Source: a virus
Direction: 5' to 3' (one strand)
Length of the DNA stretch: 64,000 nt
IMG/VR virus record: IMGVR_UViG_3300037264_003124
Coordinates: 6,443-70,442 of that record
In this document: positions 27,120 to 36,951 of the stretch, one piece after another
Position numbering within the stretch: the first letter of the stretch is position 1
Layout of the letters: the number at the start of each line of letters is the position of its first letter
Program-made: the position numbers and the translations under genes
The notes under the pieces: generated by a model
Told to the model about the DNA's origin: nothing
Database searches by the model: none
The model's input: the letters and a program-made list of their open reading frames with translations, nothing else

Positions 27120-27811
27120 ACAGGCACTCCTAGTTTCCGCGCCGTCTCCGTCAGAAACGCCCGGCTGCGGTTGGGTATCGGGCTGTGCAGCACGAACGGC
27201 TGGCCGCCCGTCGTGAGGTTGGTCAGGCGGCCGTTTTCGATGCGGGCTAGATTGCGGGCCTTTTTCCATTGCCCGGCACAGCACCAAAAGAGGTCGCAGT
27301 TGTAGTCAATGTCCACCATCTGGACTGCACAAGCCGACGATAGGAACCACTGTTCATTTCTGTGAAAATCGTTCTTCATTGCACGGCAGTTCATGTCCTC
27401 GAACAACAGCCGCACGTCATGTACTTTTCCAACAAATGAACCACCGTTCGGGTAGCGGTAAATTGAATCTCCGCCATGACGTTTCGCTAGTTCGTCAAAA
27501 TGCGGTTGCAAACACGGGTCGCGTTTGCGGAACCATTTCTCGCCGGCGTATGTGATACTTTTTGTCCTAATTGGGACAGGTCGTGGGTCACGTAGGTAGA
27601 TGCAGTCATGGGCATCCGTGCAAACTAGAATCTCGTCGTGGGCAAGTGGCTGAAAACAGAGCCACTCATAGAGCCACTCAATCTTACTCACCCCGCCGCG
27701 ATACTCCTTGCCGATCCCAATCGGCTCGACCTCAATCCCAAAGTTCCGGGCCGACGCGAACAACAGCTCGCTCCGCTCGTCAATCTTGTTGCACCACGTC
27801 ATAAAACGCAT
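27116..27811 (-). CDS. PLOD/procollagen-glycosyltransferase-like GT-A protein
   Basis: L..SA..FGI....IG.G..Y.G...KI, ILVCTDAHD, YAGEK, YRYPNGGSFVG, IDY.C.LF. Confidence 0.75.
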   Translation of the reverse strand: MRFMTWCNKIDERSELLFASARNFGIEVEPIGIGKEYRGGVSKIEWLYEWLCFQPLAHDEILVCTDAHDCIYLRDPRPVPIRTKSITYAGEKWFRKRDPCLQPHFDELAKRHGGDSIYRYPNGGSFVGKVHDVRLLFEDMNCRAMKNDFHRNEQWFLSSACAVQMVDIDYNCDLFWCCAGQWKKARNLARIENGRLTNLTTGGQPFVLHSPIPNRSRAFLTETARKLGVPV

Positions 27812-27815
27812 ATGG

Positions 27816-28169
27816 CTACAGCAGGCGTTGCCCCTCGATTGGTAGCGGGACGGATAGTGCGTTCTCGAATTCCCTCTCCATCTCCACCTTGTCGCGGCCA
27901 CGCCGAATGAGGCCCGATAGCTCGCTTGGGCATTTCAGCAGGTCCTCTGCCGGCAAGTCCTGGAATCGCATGTAGGTGTTGAAGCCGCCTTCGCCAAGAT
28001 GGTCGAGCCGCGCTACGAAGATGCAGTATCGGCCCGCGGCCAGGGCCTTGTAGACGGCATCTTCCGGGCTCTTGATGCCGCTCTCCTCATTTGGCGACGA
28101 GGTCGTCAACTTCGTACCATCCAAAGGTATCGAGTCGTGTGGGGAAGGAAGAGATGCTGTTGACGTCAT
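27816..28169 (-). CDS. Hypothetical protein (start uncertain)
   Basis: Fills the gap within the operon. Confidence 0.4.
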   Translation of the reverse strand: MTSTASLPSPHDSIPLDGTKLTTSSPNEESGIKSPEDAVYKALAAGRYCIFVARLDHLGEGGFNTYMRFQDLPAEDLLKCPSELSGLIRRGRDKVEMEREFENALSVPLPIEGQRLL

Positions 28170-28992
28170 ACAAACAGTCCTCGAAGGAACGAAACGGAAA
28201 CGCGGTCAAACCGCTGTACTCGTAGCAATTAAACACCTTAAGGCCCGCCTTGTCAAAATACGGGACCAAGGCCGTGTAGCACTTGTTCATGTCGCGGAAG
28301 TGCCCGTTGCACTCGATGACGCCCCCCTGATGCTTGGCCTGCATGAACCCGTAGGGCCGATCGACCGACATGTGGAAGTCGCAGCCGACCAGGTAAATTG
28401 TGCGGATGCCAAGCCGGGGGAGAATGCCGAGTATGGAAAACATCGTATTGATGACCCGCGGCCAGCCGTTGGGCTTAATGCCCGGAATTGGTTTGTCATG
28501 CTTGTCGAGCGCCAGGGCGTGTTTCTTGTCGTTCCCCTGATTCACGCTGTCGGCAGTCAGCCACGTCGACGGGTCGAAGACGTGGTTCCTCTGGTAGCCG
28601 ATTACTCCCGGAAGTTCTTTTGGGTACTTACCGGTGGGTGTGAACTCTCCATTGTCGTTCCGATGATAGACGCACCAACCTTTCTTGCGATTGCTCCACA
28701 TCGTCGAGGGGACGATTTTCAACATGCCAGGGTCGTTCCAAATGGCCTCGTGGAACTTGACCGGCTTGTCTGAGTGATGCCAAATGTGTGGCCGGATAGG
28801 GACGCCGCCGACGTCTGGCAGCACGCCCGCGCAGTTGTTGAAGCTGGCGATGAGGACGCCACGCTGGGCCAGCTTTTCGAGCGGCAGTTTCTTGGCGGAC
28901 GGGCCACCGGCGACGAGAAAGCAGCGGCCATCTCGGTACAGCGTGTCGAGGTACAGCTCGCGGTCTTGAGAGTCTCTAAACGCGGTTCCCAT
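28087..28992 (-). CDS. Maf/DUF115/sialyltransferase-like CMP-sugar transferase candidate
   Basis: CFLVAGGPS...FNN, LGIRTIYLVGCDF, VFNC...S.L..FP. Confidence 0.65.
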   Translation of the reverse strand: MGTAFRDSQDRELYLDTLYRDGRCFLVAGGPSAKKLPLEKLAQRGVLIASFNNCAGVLPDVGGVPIRPHIWHHSDKPVKFHEAIWNDPGMLKIVPSTMWSNRKKGWCVYHRNDNGEFTPTGKYPKELPGVIGYQRNHVFDPSTWLTADSVNQGNDKKHALALDKHDKPIPGIKPNGWPRVINTMFSILGILPRLGIRTIYLVGCDFHMSVDRPYGFMQAKHQGGVIECNGHFRDMNKCYTALVPYFDKAGLKVFNCYEYSGLTAFPFRSFEDCLYDVNSISSFPTRLDTFGWYEVDDLVAK

Positions 28993-29701
28993 CTTCCTTG
29001 AATTTGTCTGCGTCCTCCGGGACGTTGATGGAGCGGAGACGTCGCGGATCGATTGTGCGATGCGGATTAAAAGCTTCCCACGCATAACCTATTGCCATCG
29101 TGCGCAGTTGTTCCAAAGACTGCGATTCCTCGGCTGGCGTAGGTGGAGTCGTCAAGTATTGCTCCAAGAGAGCACCGTCGTACAAGTAACATCCTACGTG
29201 ACGCTGCCTGCCGTCTGACTTTGATTCCCCACGACGGAACCAACGAATAGCACCATCGCACCAAATGTTTTCCTCCCAGTCGTGCATGAGCATGTACTGG
29301 GCAATAACGGAGTTTGGATTGCCCCAATCTGAATCTGCACAATGGCTGACCAAGGTTGCTGGCGATTCCATGCCGGTCAAAATACCAAGGTCGTCAGGTC
29401 GCAAGTCCGGCTCGTCACACTGCAACACGACGACCCGGTCCCACTTCTCTTCACGGTTGGCCAACGCAGCCCGCTCCGTTCCATTGCGGCACTGGTCCGT
29501 ATGTCGCCGCGGAACGCCGTTTTCGTGACACCACTTGTAGATTTCCATGTCGCTGGTGGCCACGACGTAGGGCATCCCCGTGCCCTTTGCACACTCGACA
29601 GCGTAGGAGAGGAGCGGCTTTCCGCCGACGAGTGCCAGCGGCTTGCCGGGGAAGCGGGTGGAGTGGAGATGGGCGGGGATAATTACGCCGGTAATCGACA
29701 C
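28976..29701 (-). CDS. kdsB: CMP-Kdo synthetase-like cytidylyltransferase
   Basis: IIPA.L.STRFPGKPLA, VVLQCDEP, RHVG.Y.Y, E...SLEQLR, SINVPED. Confidence 0.85.
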   Translation of the reverse strand: MSITGVIIPAHLHSTRFPGKPLALVGGKPLLSYAVECAKGTGMPYVVATSDMEIYKWCHENGVPRRHTDQCRNGTERAALANREEKWDRVVVLQCDEPDLRPDDLGILTGMESPATLVSHCADSDWGNPNSVIAQYMLMHDWEENIWCDGAIRWFRRGESKSDGRQRHVGCYLYDGALLEQYLTTPPTPAEESQSLEQLRTMAIGYAWEAFNPHRTIDPRRLRSINVPEDADKFKEDGNRV

Positions 29702-29744
29702 GACAGCTTGCTCCTGTCCGTTGTTCCTAATGGTGGAGGATTGG

Positions 29745-30137
29745 TCACGCTACGGCTTCGGCCACGGGTTTATATTCTGAACAGTCCAAGCAGGAATGAT
29801 AACCAGGACTGACGTTCCAAGGCAAGCAAACCGCGTAAATATCGCAGGCGAACAGCGCCCGCAGCCCGCCACCACACCCGCCGCATTCGACGCTCTCGCC
29901 CGTGGCCTTGTGCTGGTAGATGCACGGAAATCGATAGGTATCCCGTCCCGGTTGGCGGCTTGGTTCAGAGCGCGCAGGCCGCTGATCCTCCGGTACGCCC
30001 GACCAGCATTCGGCGTGGCATCGATCCAACGGGTAGTCAGCGGACGGAACCCGAATGGTATTGGCACACCCCGGATTCGTGCAGCGGACCAAGGTTGGAT
30101 CGCTCGTTCTCTCGAAAACGCATTGCATACGTCCCAT
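29745..30137 (-). CDS. Small Cys-rich protein
   Basis: More than ten Cys residues, including CGGC and CLDC; lies downstream of the poly-Ser genes. Confidence 0.6.
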   Translation of the reverse strand: MGRMQCVFERTSDPTLVRCTNPGCANTIRVPSADYPLDRCHAECWSGVPEDQRPARSEPSRQPGRDTYRFPCIYQHKATGESVECGGCGGGLRALFACDIYAVCLPWNVSPGYHSCLDCSEYKPVAEAVA

Positions 30138-30141
30138 TCCT

Positions 30142-31614
30142 CTAGACTCTGTTCCGCAGACGCCCCATTGGCAGACCAAGAGGACCCAGGCCGCCACGAC
30201 TCGTCAAAATCAAAGGAACACGCTGAATTGTAAGAATCGTCTCTTCCCAATTGCAGAGCGGCGGCCCCTGATTGGCGCACCACGTCAGTATTTCGCCAAG
30301 GGCCGGGTCATTACAAGCATCGTGCGCAAATCCACCGGGTCCAAATATGTCGAGTATGGGATTGTCATGCGTGAAGCAGGCCACCGAAGTCTCGAATTGG
30401 ATGATTTCTCCAAATATCTGCAAGCTGCAATTTAAGATTCCAAATAGGACCCTCAGCTCGGTAATCTGCCGGCCACTCTCTGGATCGCACATAAGCGGCG
30501 GATCGAAGACGTATTCGTAAACGCACCACTCACCCTGAAGTCCCTCGCCAAATCCTGGGAATGTGCAATCAAAGCACGCGGGAGACGCGATGCGATTTGT
30601 CTTGTGCAGGACATACGTCCCTTCCACCGACTGGCAGGTGTCGTTGTCGCAGATCAATCCTGCCCCGACACCTTCAATGGTCATTTGCACTTGGTCGGCG
30701 CAATTGGTGCAGCAGGCGTCCAGCCGGCCGAACGACACCTCGGCGACGGCGAACTGATTGTCGCAGTTCAGGCTTAGCGGTACGATTGGAAATAGCTCGT
30801 GGACTTGCGCGCAGCCGGCACACTCGATTGTCTGGCCCATTCGCTGCGTGCGAAATCGCATCGGCGGCTGCTGGTCGCCGCAATTGAGTGTCGCGGTCAA
30901 GTCTATCGTAACGCTATCCCCATCGCATGACAGCAAAAGCGTGAAGCTCATCGTCATTGCGCCGACGGTCTTCACCCCAGACCACTGGCATCCGCCAGTG
31001 TGCACCAGAATAAGGCACTGTTCGTTAAACGACTCGCAGTCGCAGGCGATATCCGCGTCAAGAATGTCATGCAGTCGGATGTAGGCCAGGTCGTTTGTCG
31101 ATAAGTCGGGATCGCAGCACAGGCAACCGGGAAACGCCGACGACTCTGAAGACGACGTAGAACTCGAAGATGAGCTGCTGGAGCGCTCTGATGACTGGCT
31201 TGAGCTGCTGGAGGTCGACAAGGACGATGGGCTGCTTACCGAGCTGCTGGACGACGAACTGAGTGAGCTGCTTGAGGACAAGCTTGACGAGCTAGACGAG
31301 TAGCTTGAAGAAGAACTCGAATAGCTGCTACTGCTGGAGCTGCTAGAGGATGAGCTGCTCGAATGGCTCGACGACGACGACGTGGAAATCGATGAGCTGG
31401 ACGAAGAGCTGGACGACGAGTGGCTGCTACTGCTGGAGCTGCTCGACGAATCGGACCGTGACGAACAACTGCTTGATGAGCTGGAGCTGCTGGACTCCTC
31501 TTCGTGGAACTCCGTCAGGTTCTCCGTGACGCCAAACGCCCAAGCGTGGCTCGCCACGCGGGTCCACTCGCCGTAGGGCATTTCTTGCAGGAGGTGCGGG
31601 GCGAAGTGGGGCAT
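30142..31614 (-). CDS. Poly-serine plus Cys-rich protein (short paralogue)
   Basis: About 120-aa Ser tract after EEE, followed by a Cys-rich domain. Confidence 0.8.
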   Translation of the reverse strand: MPHFAPHLLQEMPYGEWTRVASHAWAFGVTENLTEFHEEESSSSSSSSSCSSRSDSSSSSSSSSHSSSSSSSSSSISTSSSSSHSSSSSSSSSSSSSYSSSSSSYSSSSSSLSSSSSLSSSSSSSVSSPSSLSTSSSSSQSSERSSSSSSSSTSSSESSAFPGCLCCDPDLSTNDLAYIRLHDILDADIACDCESFNEQCLILVHTGGCQWSGVKTVGAMTMSFTLLLSCDGDSVTIDLTATLNCGDQQPPMRFRTQRMGQTIECAGCAQVHELFPIVPLSLNCDNQFAVAEVSFGRLDACCTNCADQVQMTIEGVGAGLICDNDTCQSVEGTYVLHKTNRIASPACFDCTFPGFGEGLQGEWCVYEYVFDPPLMCDPESGRQITELRVLFGILNCSLQIFGEIIQFETSVACFTHDNPILDIFGPGGFAHDACNDPALGEILTWCANQGPPLCNWEETILTIQRVPLILTSRGGLGPLGLPMGRLRNRV

Positions 31615-31618
31615 GCGG

Positions 31619-34228
31619 CTACAAGCTCTGAATACGGATAGTCGCCCCGAAATGATCGTCGCAATTCCAGTTCTTGTCGACGCAGCGACTTGTGGCAGTT
31701 AGCGTGTGATCCAGTTGGGTGCATTTCTGGAATATATTTCCGCCTGGCTTCGTGCTCCATGCTTGTCGCTGGTCCGTAGCCCCGCAGTTCTCGAATTCCA
31801 GGGCGTCGTATCGGATTTCGACAACAATATCCAGGCTGCAATCATCACGTGTGCGGATGAAAATGTGAATGGAGCAGAATCCGTAGCGGACATCGGAGCA
31901 TCGATGAGTCAGGTGCACCATCCACTCGCACCAATTAGTATTGGAATCAAAGCTGCAAGTAACCCATTCCACGGGACGTCGATTCGAGCCGACGAAATCC
32001 AGCAGGTAAATGTTGTTCCCGAAGAACGTGACGCAATTCGCGCTGTTGCACTTCGGATCGGCGAAATTGCCAAAGAAGTTTTGAAAGTGGAGCTGGTAGC
32101 GTGACGGGCAATGCTGGCAGCAATCCTCTTGAGGTTTATCGAAGCGAATGTGCACCCAACTTTGCTGCGTATCGCAAAACGTACTGTCGTTCGTGTGAGT
32201 AATTGGGAATAACTCATGCGTTTCGCACTGTGTGCAATCCTGAGCGCCCGGTATCATCTGCATCCAGCGGTAGACCGCCGTGCCATTGGCTCCTGGTCCC
32301 AGCACCCAATTGAGCGTGAGTATCCGAAGTCCGACGGAGCATGTCAGCGTCAAACTTACGGACCCAGTTGGAAAGCATGTGGCATTCGTCGTAGTCACAC
32401 CCGACCATGTGCACGCCCCGGTTCTCGTCAATTTAAAACATACGTCGTTGAGTCCCTCGCAAGGTGTATCGCAGACGTCCCCGCCCAACATACGTCCGGT
32501 AACTTGGAAGAACTTGATATACGCAAACTCCGGCGTTGTCCCAGCGGTGCAACACGGACATTCCAACACCATTCCGCCCGACTGCGAGGAGGACGAGTTG
32601 CTGGATGTGGATCTGGACGAGCTGGATTGGCTGGAGGTGCTGGATTCTGAGCGGCTGCTTGACGTGCTCTGCGACGACGTGCTGGACCGCGAGGAACAGG
32701 AAGAGGAGCTAGACGACGGAGACGATGGCGACTTGCATGAGCTGGAATTGCTCGACGTAGATACCTTGGATGAACACGACGACGTAGATCGAGATGATTT
32801 GCTTGAGCACGACGAGGAGGACGAAGACGACGTGGATCTAGAAGACCGGCTGGAACATGAGGACGACGAGGACGACGAAGTAGACCTCGATGAGCTACTA
32901 GAACACGATGATGATGATGATGACGACGTACTGGACTTACTTGAGCAGGATGATGACGACGAGGACACCTCCGACCGAGATGACGAGGAGCATGAACTAG
33001 AAGAGCTGGACAACTCGGACAACGATGACTTTGACGAACAGGAAGAACTCGACGAGGATGACGCCGATGATGAAGACGATGACTCGCTCGACGGGCTAGA
33101 GCATGATGATGACGATGTGGACGACTTGCTTGAACATGAAGACGAAGAAGAGGAAGACGTAGATCGTGACGATCTACTGGAACATGACGACGAAGACGAA
33201 GACGACGTCGATGACTGGGAGCTGCAAGAGCTTGAGGAGCTGCTGGAGTTTGAGGAGCTGCTTGAGCTGCTCGATGAATTTGAAGACGAAGAACTCGTTG
33301 ACGATTTAGACGAGCAGCTTGAGGAACTGCTGGATACCTCCGACAGGCTTGATGGACTAGACCGCGACGAACAAGAACTGCTGCTGCTAGAACCGCTAGA
33401 GGTGCTTGATTCGCTGCTGCTGCTAGAGGAGGCCGACGACGACGATGACGACGTAGAAGATTTGCTTGAAGAAGATGAATTGCTGGAAGTGCTCGACTCT
33501 GAGGAGCTTGACGTCGATACCGACGAACGGCTTGAACAAGAGCTGCTTGATGTGCTAGATCTGGACGACGACGGCGACGAGGAAGAGCTGCTTGAAGAAC
33601 TTGACCCGGAAGTTGACTCGCTGGACGTGGAACTCTTTGACGAGCTGCTTGACGACATCGAAACGGATGACGTCGACGATTCGCTCGAAGTGCTGCTGGG
33701 ACTGGAAGTGCTTGACGTGGATGAGGATGACGAAGACGAGGTTGACGACCGGCTAGACGTGCTCGATTCGCTGCTGCTGCTGGAGCTGCTTGAAGACGCT
33801 GATTTGGAGGATGACGACGTTGATGAGCGAGACGAAGATGAACTGGTGGAGCTTGGCGAAAAACTGGATTCGCTCGACGTGGACGACGGCGAGCTACTGC
33901 TGGTTGACGACCGGCTGCTGGACGGCGAGCTGGAGCTTGACGAAAGGCTGGAGGAACTCGTTGATGATTTCGATGAGCTAGACGATGACGTACTGCTGAC
34001 TGACGACGTCGAAATCGACGAGTTGCTGGAGCTGACCGAGGAGGATGAAGAAGACGACGTACTCGATACGCTGCTTGTCGAGATGGAAGACAGTGATGAG
34101 CTGGAGGAGCTGCTGGACGATTCCTCTTCAAAAAGCCCGGAGAGGTTCTCCGTCACGCCGAAACTGGTAGGCAAAGACGCAATCCGCGTCCAGCTTACGT
34201 GCGGCATTTCGGTGATGATCGACGGCAT
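31619..34228 (-). CDS. Poly-serine plus Cys-rich protein (long paralogue)
   Basis: About 510-aa Ser tract with mixed codons; N- and C-terminal domains homologous to 30142-31614. Confidence 0.8.
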   Translation of the reverse strand: MPSIITEMPHVSWTRIASLPTSFGVTENLSGLFEEESSSSSSSSSLSSISTSSVSSTSSSSSSSVSSSNSSISTSSVSSTSSSSSSKSSTSSSSLSSSSSSPSSSRSSTSSSSPSSTSSESSFSPSSTSSSSSRSSTSSSSKSASSSSSSSSSESSTSSRSSTSSSSSSSTSSTSSPSSTSSESSTSSVSMSSSSSSKSSTSSESTSGSSSSSSSSSSPSSSRSSTSSSSCSSRSSVSTSSSSESSTSSNSSSSSKSSTSSSSSSASSSSSSESSTSSGSSSSSSCSSRSSPSSLSEVSSSSSSCSSKSSTSSSSSNSSSSSSSSSNSSSSSSSCSSQSSTSSSSSSSCSSRSSRSTSSSSSSSCSSKSSTSSSSCSSPSSESSSSSSASSSSSSSCSSKSSLSELSSSSSSCSSSSRSEVSSSSSSCSSKSSTSSSSSSSCSSSSSRSTSSSSSSSCSSRSSRSTSSSSSSSCSSKSSRSTSSCSSKVSTSSNSSSCKSPSSPSSSSSSCSSRSSTSSQSTSSSRSESSTSSQSSSSRSTSSNSSSSQSGGMVLECPCCTAGTTPEFAYIKFFQVTGRMLGGDVCDTPCEGLNDVCFKLTRTGACTWSGVTTTNATCFPTGSVSLTLTCSVGLRILTLNWVLGPGANGTAVYRWMQMIPGAQDCTQCETHELFPITHTNDSTFCDTQQSWVHIRFDKPQEDCCQHCPSRYQLHFQNFFGNFADPKCNSANCVTFFGNNIYLLDFVGSNRRPVEWVTCSFDSNTNWCEWMVHLTHRCSDVRYGFCSIHIFIRTRDDCSLDIVVEIRYDALEFENCGATDQRQAWSTKPGGNIFQKCTQLDHTLTATSRCVDKNWNCDDHFGATIRIQSL

Positions 34229-34230
34229 AT

Positions 34231-35010
34231 CTAGTGCACCAATACCGGATCATTTGGTGCGTAGAGAATGTGCCGAGCACGAACCCACGGCAGGTGATGC
34301 CCGCGCTCGCGATAGTGGTCCGGTCCCTGCCAACCCCCTGTCATCTCGTCAATCGCAAACGACAAGGCGTGTTCGTCGATGAAGTCCGGGTGTTCATCCA
34401 TGATTTCCAGCAAGCGATCGAGGATGGAAGTTTCTCGGCAATACCAGCACCAGCCGCCAATCAAGTAGCGGGCCGCATTTCCCTGCCGAAAGAACGCATG
34501 ACGTCTGTCATGCTCTTGCAAAGGAGCTTGCAGCGCCGCACCTCTTGCCAGAAGTCTCCAGAAGTCTGGAGGTATGGGTCGCGTGAGAACGCAATCGATG
34601 TCCAGCCACAATACTTGCTCGTGCTCCTCTAGCGTCCGCCGCATGGAAATGACTTTCCGCCGCCATTGGCCGTTGATGGTGTTGCAGGCCGGGCTGTCGT
34701 CCTCCAGTCGCTCGCTCGCGAGTCCAATGTTGTCGAATACGGATCGGGCGTCGTCATCGAACGAGTACACCGAGCCGTTCAGTTTGCGGACCAAGTTGGC
34801 CCCGGTCGCTCCCTTACCGCGCCGGACTTTTTGCCAGTCGTCGAGCTGCCGCTTGGCATCGGGGGCGATCTTGGAAACCCAACGCTCTTTGGGGATGCCT
34901 CCCCACAAGGCGAACACGAATTTTCCGACATCTGGATTAGCCAGCCATTTTCGCTGCGTTTGTGGTGGGTCCAAAGACCGCAGTCGCTCCTTATCTAATT
35001 GCGTCCACAT
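34231..35010 (-). CDS. Putative glycosyltransferase directly upstream of the poly-Ser genes
   Basis: WRRKV...EQVLWLDIDC, P.P.DFW, IDEM.GGW.G; aligns by eye with 21026-21877. Confidence 0.65.
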   Translation of the reverse strand: MWTQLDKERLRSLDPPQTQRKWLANPDVGKFVFALWGGIPKERWVSKIAPDAKRQLDDWQKVRRGKGATGANLVRKLNGSVYSFDDDARSVFDNIGLASERLEDDSPACNTINGQWRRKVISMRRTLEEHEQVLWLDIDCVLTRPIPPDFWRLLARGAALQAPLQEHDRRHAFFRQGNAARYLIGGWCWYCRETSILDRLLEIMDEHPDFIDEHALSFAIDEMTGGWQGPDHYRERGHHLPWVRARHILYAPNDPVLVH

Positions 35011-35013
35011 GCT

Positions 35014-36333
35014 CTACATGGCTCCTGCGCGTGCTTGCTCGACATATTCCAAGCCCGCTGCGTAGGGCAGGCGGTTCTGGAATCCAAAATGCCACCAGAT
35101 GTAGTCGTCGAATCCGTTCGGGGTCCACGTCATGAGGCCGACGCCCGTTTCGTCGTACTGCTCGCTCAGCCACTCGTAGTAGGCGGTGGCGATTTCGACC
35201 GCCAAGGCATTCACCTGCGCGATGTTATTGGGAGTGGCCGCTCCGGACTGAGCGGTTCCGGCAAGGATGCTGGCATGCGAAAAAATTGCCGGCGCGGTGG
35301 TATGGACCACCTTCTCAGTTCCCGGAATGAATCCAGAATTGTCATTCGAGACACTAATTTTAGGAACAGTTACTTGATATACCTCCCCACCTGGAATGAA
35401 CTGGCCAGTGTCTGCATCCATGATCGGAAACACGGTCCGCACAGTTTGCGGATAGAGCGTTTGGCGAAATTGCGTATGCTCGCCGCCAGCAACAAAGCCA
35501 CGCTGCTCTAGCCGTCTTTGGTTCGCTTGTCGCTGTATACGGGCCGTGTCGGGATTCTGAGCACGCACCACGTTGTCGAGTCCGTAGACGATTCGCTGCC
35601 CGACCGACCACGCTACGCCGTCCATGATGAGGGCAATATTCTCAAAACGGCGGGTCAGCTCAACAATGTTTGGAGAGACGTACCCCGCCTTGATGGGGTC
35701 GTAGACGATGGATTTTCCAAGGTGCGTGCCAAGGTGCGCGTAGACTTGCTCCCAAGTCGTATTGCCGGTTATTTCCATTCGGTCTGTGTCGAGAAACTGC
35801 CAATAGAACCGCTCGTCGACGAGGCATAGCAGGTAGCCGTTTACGCCGCTGTTGGTGTTGTTCAGCTCGCGGGGCGGCAGGAGGTACATTTGCGTCGATA
35901 GAATCACGCCGGGCGAGCCATTGACGTACTCCTGCACTATCAGGCTGCCTAGGCCATTTGTGGTTGAGACGCGGCGTATGATTCTCCTGAGTGACGCCGC
36001 ATCGCAAAGAAACAGGCCGATCCCCCAACGGGTCGCGCCTGTCGGCCACCAGAGCGTGTTAATCTTCCACCGCGGCGGGCGGCGGGCGGCGTAATTGGGC
36101 ACGGGGATGCCTACGAACGGCTTGCTGGGAAGCGTGACGTTTCCGCTGACCACCGGAAATATACCGCCGACGAACGGACCGCGGGGCCGGTTGCGGCCGT
36201 TGGCCAGGTCCCACGGCTCGATACCGAACAGTAAAAGGTCCTCCAGCGACAACGACCGCTCTAGCCAGACCTGGAACTCGTATCCAGGGTCTTCCATGAG
36301 CAATCGCACGCCGGCGTAAGAGATATGAGGCAT
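35014..36333 (-). CDS. Putative tail/baseplate hub protein
   Basis: Position in the tail module; LxLVDERFYW motif. Confidence 0.5.
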   Translation of the reverse strand: MPHISYAGVRLLMEDPGYEFQVWLERSLSLEDLLLFGIEPWDLANGRNRPRGPFVGGIFPVVSGNVTLPSKPFVGIPVPNYAARRPPRWKINTLWWPTGATRWGIGLFLCDAASLRRIIRRVSTTNGLGSLIVQEYVNGSPGVILSTQMYLLPPRELNNTNSGVNGYLLCLVDERFYWQFLDTDRMEITGNTTWEQVYAHLGTHLGKSIVYDPIKAGYVSPNIVELTRRFENIALIMDGVAWSVGQRIVYGLDNVVRAQNPDTARIQRQANQRRLEQRGFVAGGEHTQFRQTLYPQTVRTVFPIMDADTGQFIPGGEVYQVTVPKISVSNDNSGFIPGTEKVVHTTAPAIFSHASILAGTAQSGAATPNNIAQVNALAVEIATAYYEWLSEQYDETGVGLMTWTPNGFDDYIWWHFGFQNRLPYAAGLEYVEQARAGAM

Positions 36334-36342
36334 GAGTCATGG

Positions 36343-36415
36343 GGCTGTTGGCTGTTAGCTATTGGCTGTTAGCCAGAACTGTCTGGCTAAGAGCTAACAG
36401 CCAATAGCCAAGAGC
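36343..36415. repeat. Heptamer-repeat inverted hairpin
   Basis: (GCTRTTR)x4-GCCAGA-ACTG-TCTGGC-(YAANAGC)x4. Confidence 0.8.
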
Positions 36416-36420
36416 TTCCG

Positions 36421-36951
36421 TTAGTCGAGTTCCCAGTCGAAGCCGCAACGGAAGGTCAAAAGCATCCGCAGCATTTCGATTCCGCCGGAGTTGGCCGCAC
36501 CCTCCGCGCCACTCGTGGCGACGTGATGGGCCTCCGTGCAAAATGTCGGCCGCCACAATTCTCGACCGAACGTGTTTCCGCCCACTATTAAGTCCGCGCC
36601 GGCGAATGCGTTGAGGACCAGCCGTTTGATGCGGATGATGCCGCGACCAGCCTTGATGAGCATCTCGCGGGCGTGGCCCGTCTGGTCGAGATAGACGCGG
36701 GTGTACATACCCACGACGATCGTCATGTACTCAGTAAGCTGCTCCCGCACGGCCCCGGTCATCAGCGAATCATCGAAACTCCCGCTGCCGAGAGCGATTT
36801 GTAGCCAGTAGTCGCCCGAGATTGGAAACGGCGGCTCCTCGTTCGGGTCGATGACTTCGTAGCAGCGCGTCTCGTTGAGAGAGAGCTGCGTCCGCATGTG
36901 GGCCACCACTGCGGTGAGAACATCGGATTGGTCTACGTCGGAGCGTGGCAT
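36421..36951 (-). CDS. Putative tail completion/terminator-like protein
   Basis: Size, position and alpha/beta pattern ending FRCGFDW. Confidence 0.45.
   Translation of the reverse strand: MPRSDVDQSDVLTAVVAHMRTQLSLNETRCYEVIDPNEEPPFPISGDYWLQIALGSGSFDDSLMTGAVREQLTEYMTIVVGMYTRVYLDQTGHAREMLIKAGRGIIRIKRLVLNAFAGADLIVGGNTFGRELWRPTFCTEAHHVATSGAEGAANSGGIEMLRMLLTFRCGFDWELD

Noticed and set aside
32428-34131. 567-aa Arg/Pro/Gln-rich alternative-frame ORF (also 56251-56853)
   Set aside because: Frame-shifted reading of the Ser-codon tract, with no independent start context.
32280-34382. 700-aa Asp/Glu/Leu-rich ORF on the plus strand (also 56343-56882 and 31382-31576)
   Set aside because: Antisense shadow of poly-Ser: TCN codons read as GAN (D/E) and AGY as CTN (L) in that frame, so stops cannot occur. 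The minus-strand genes fit the operon and have paralogous termini.
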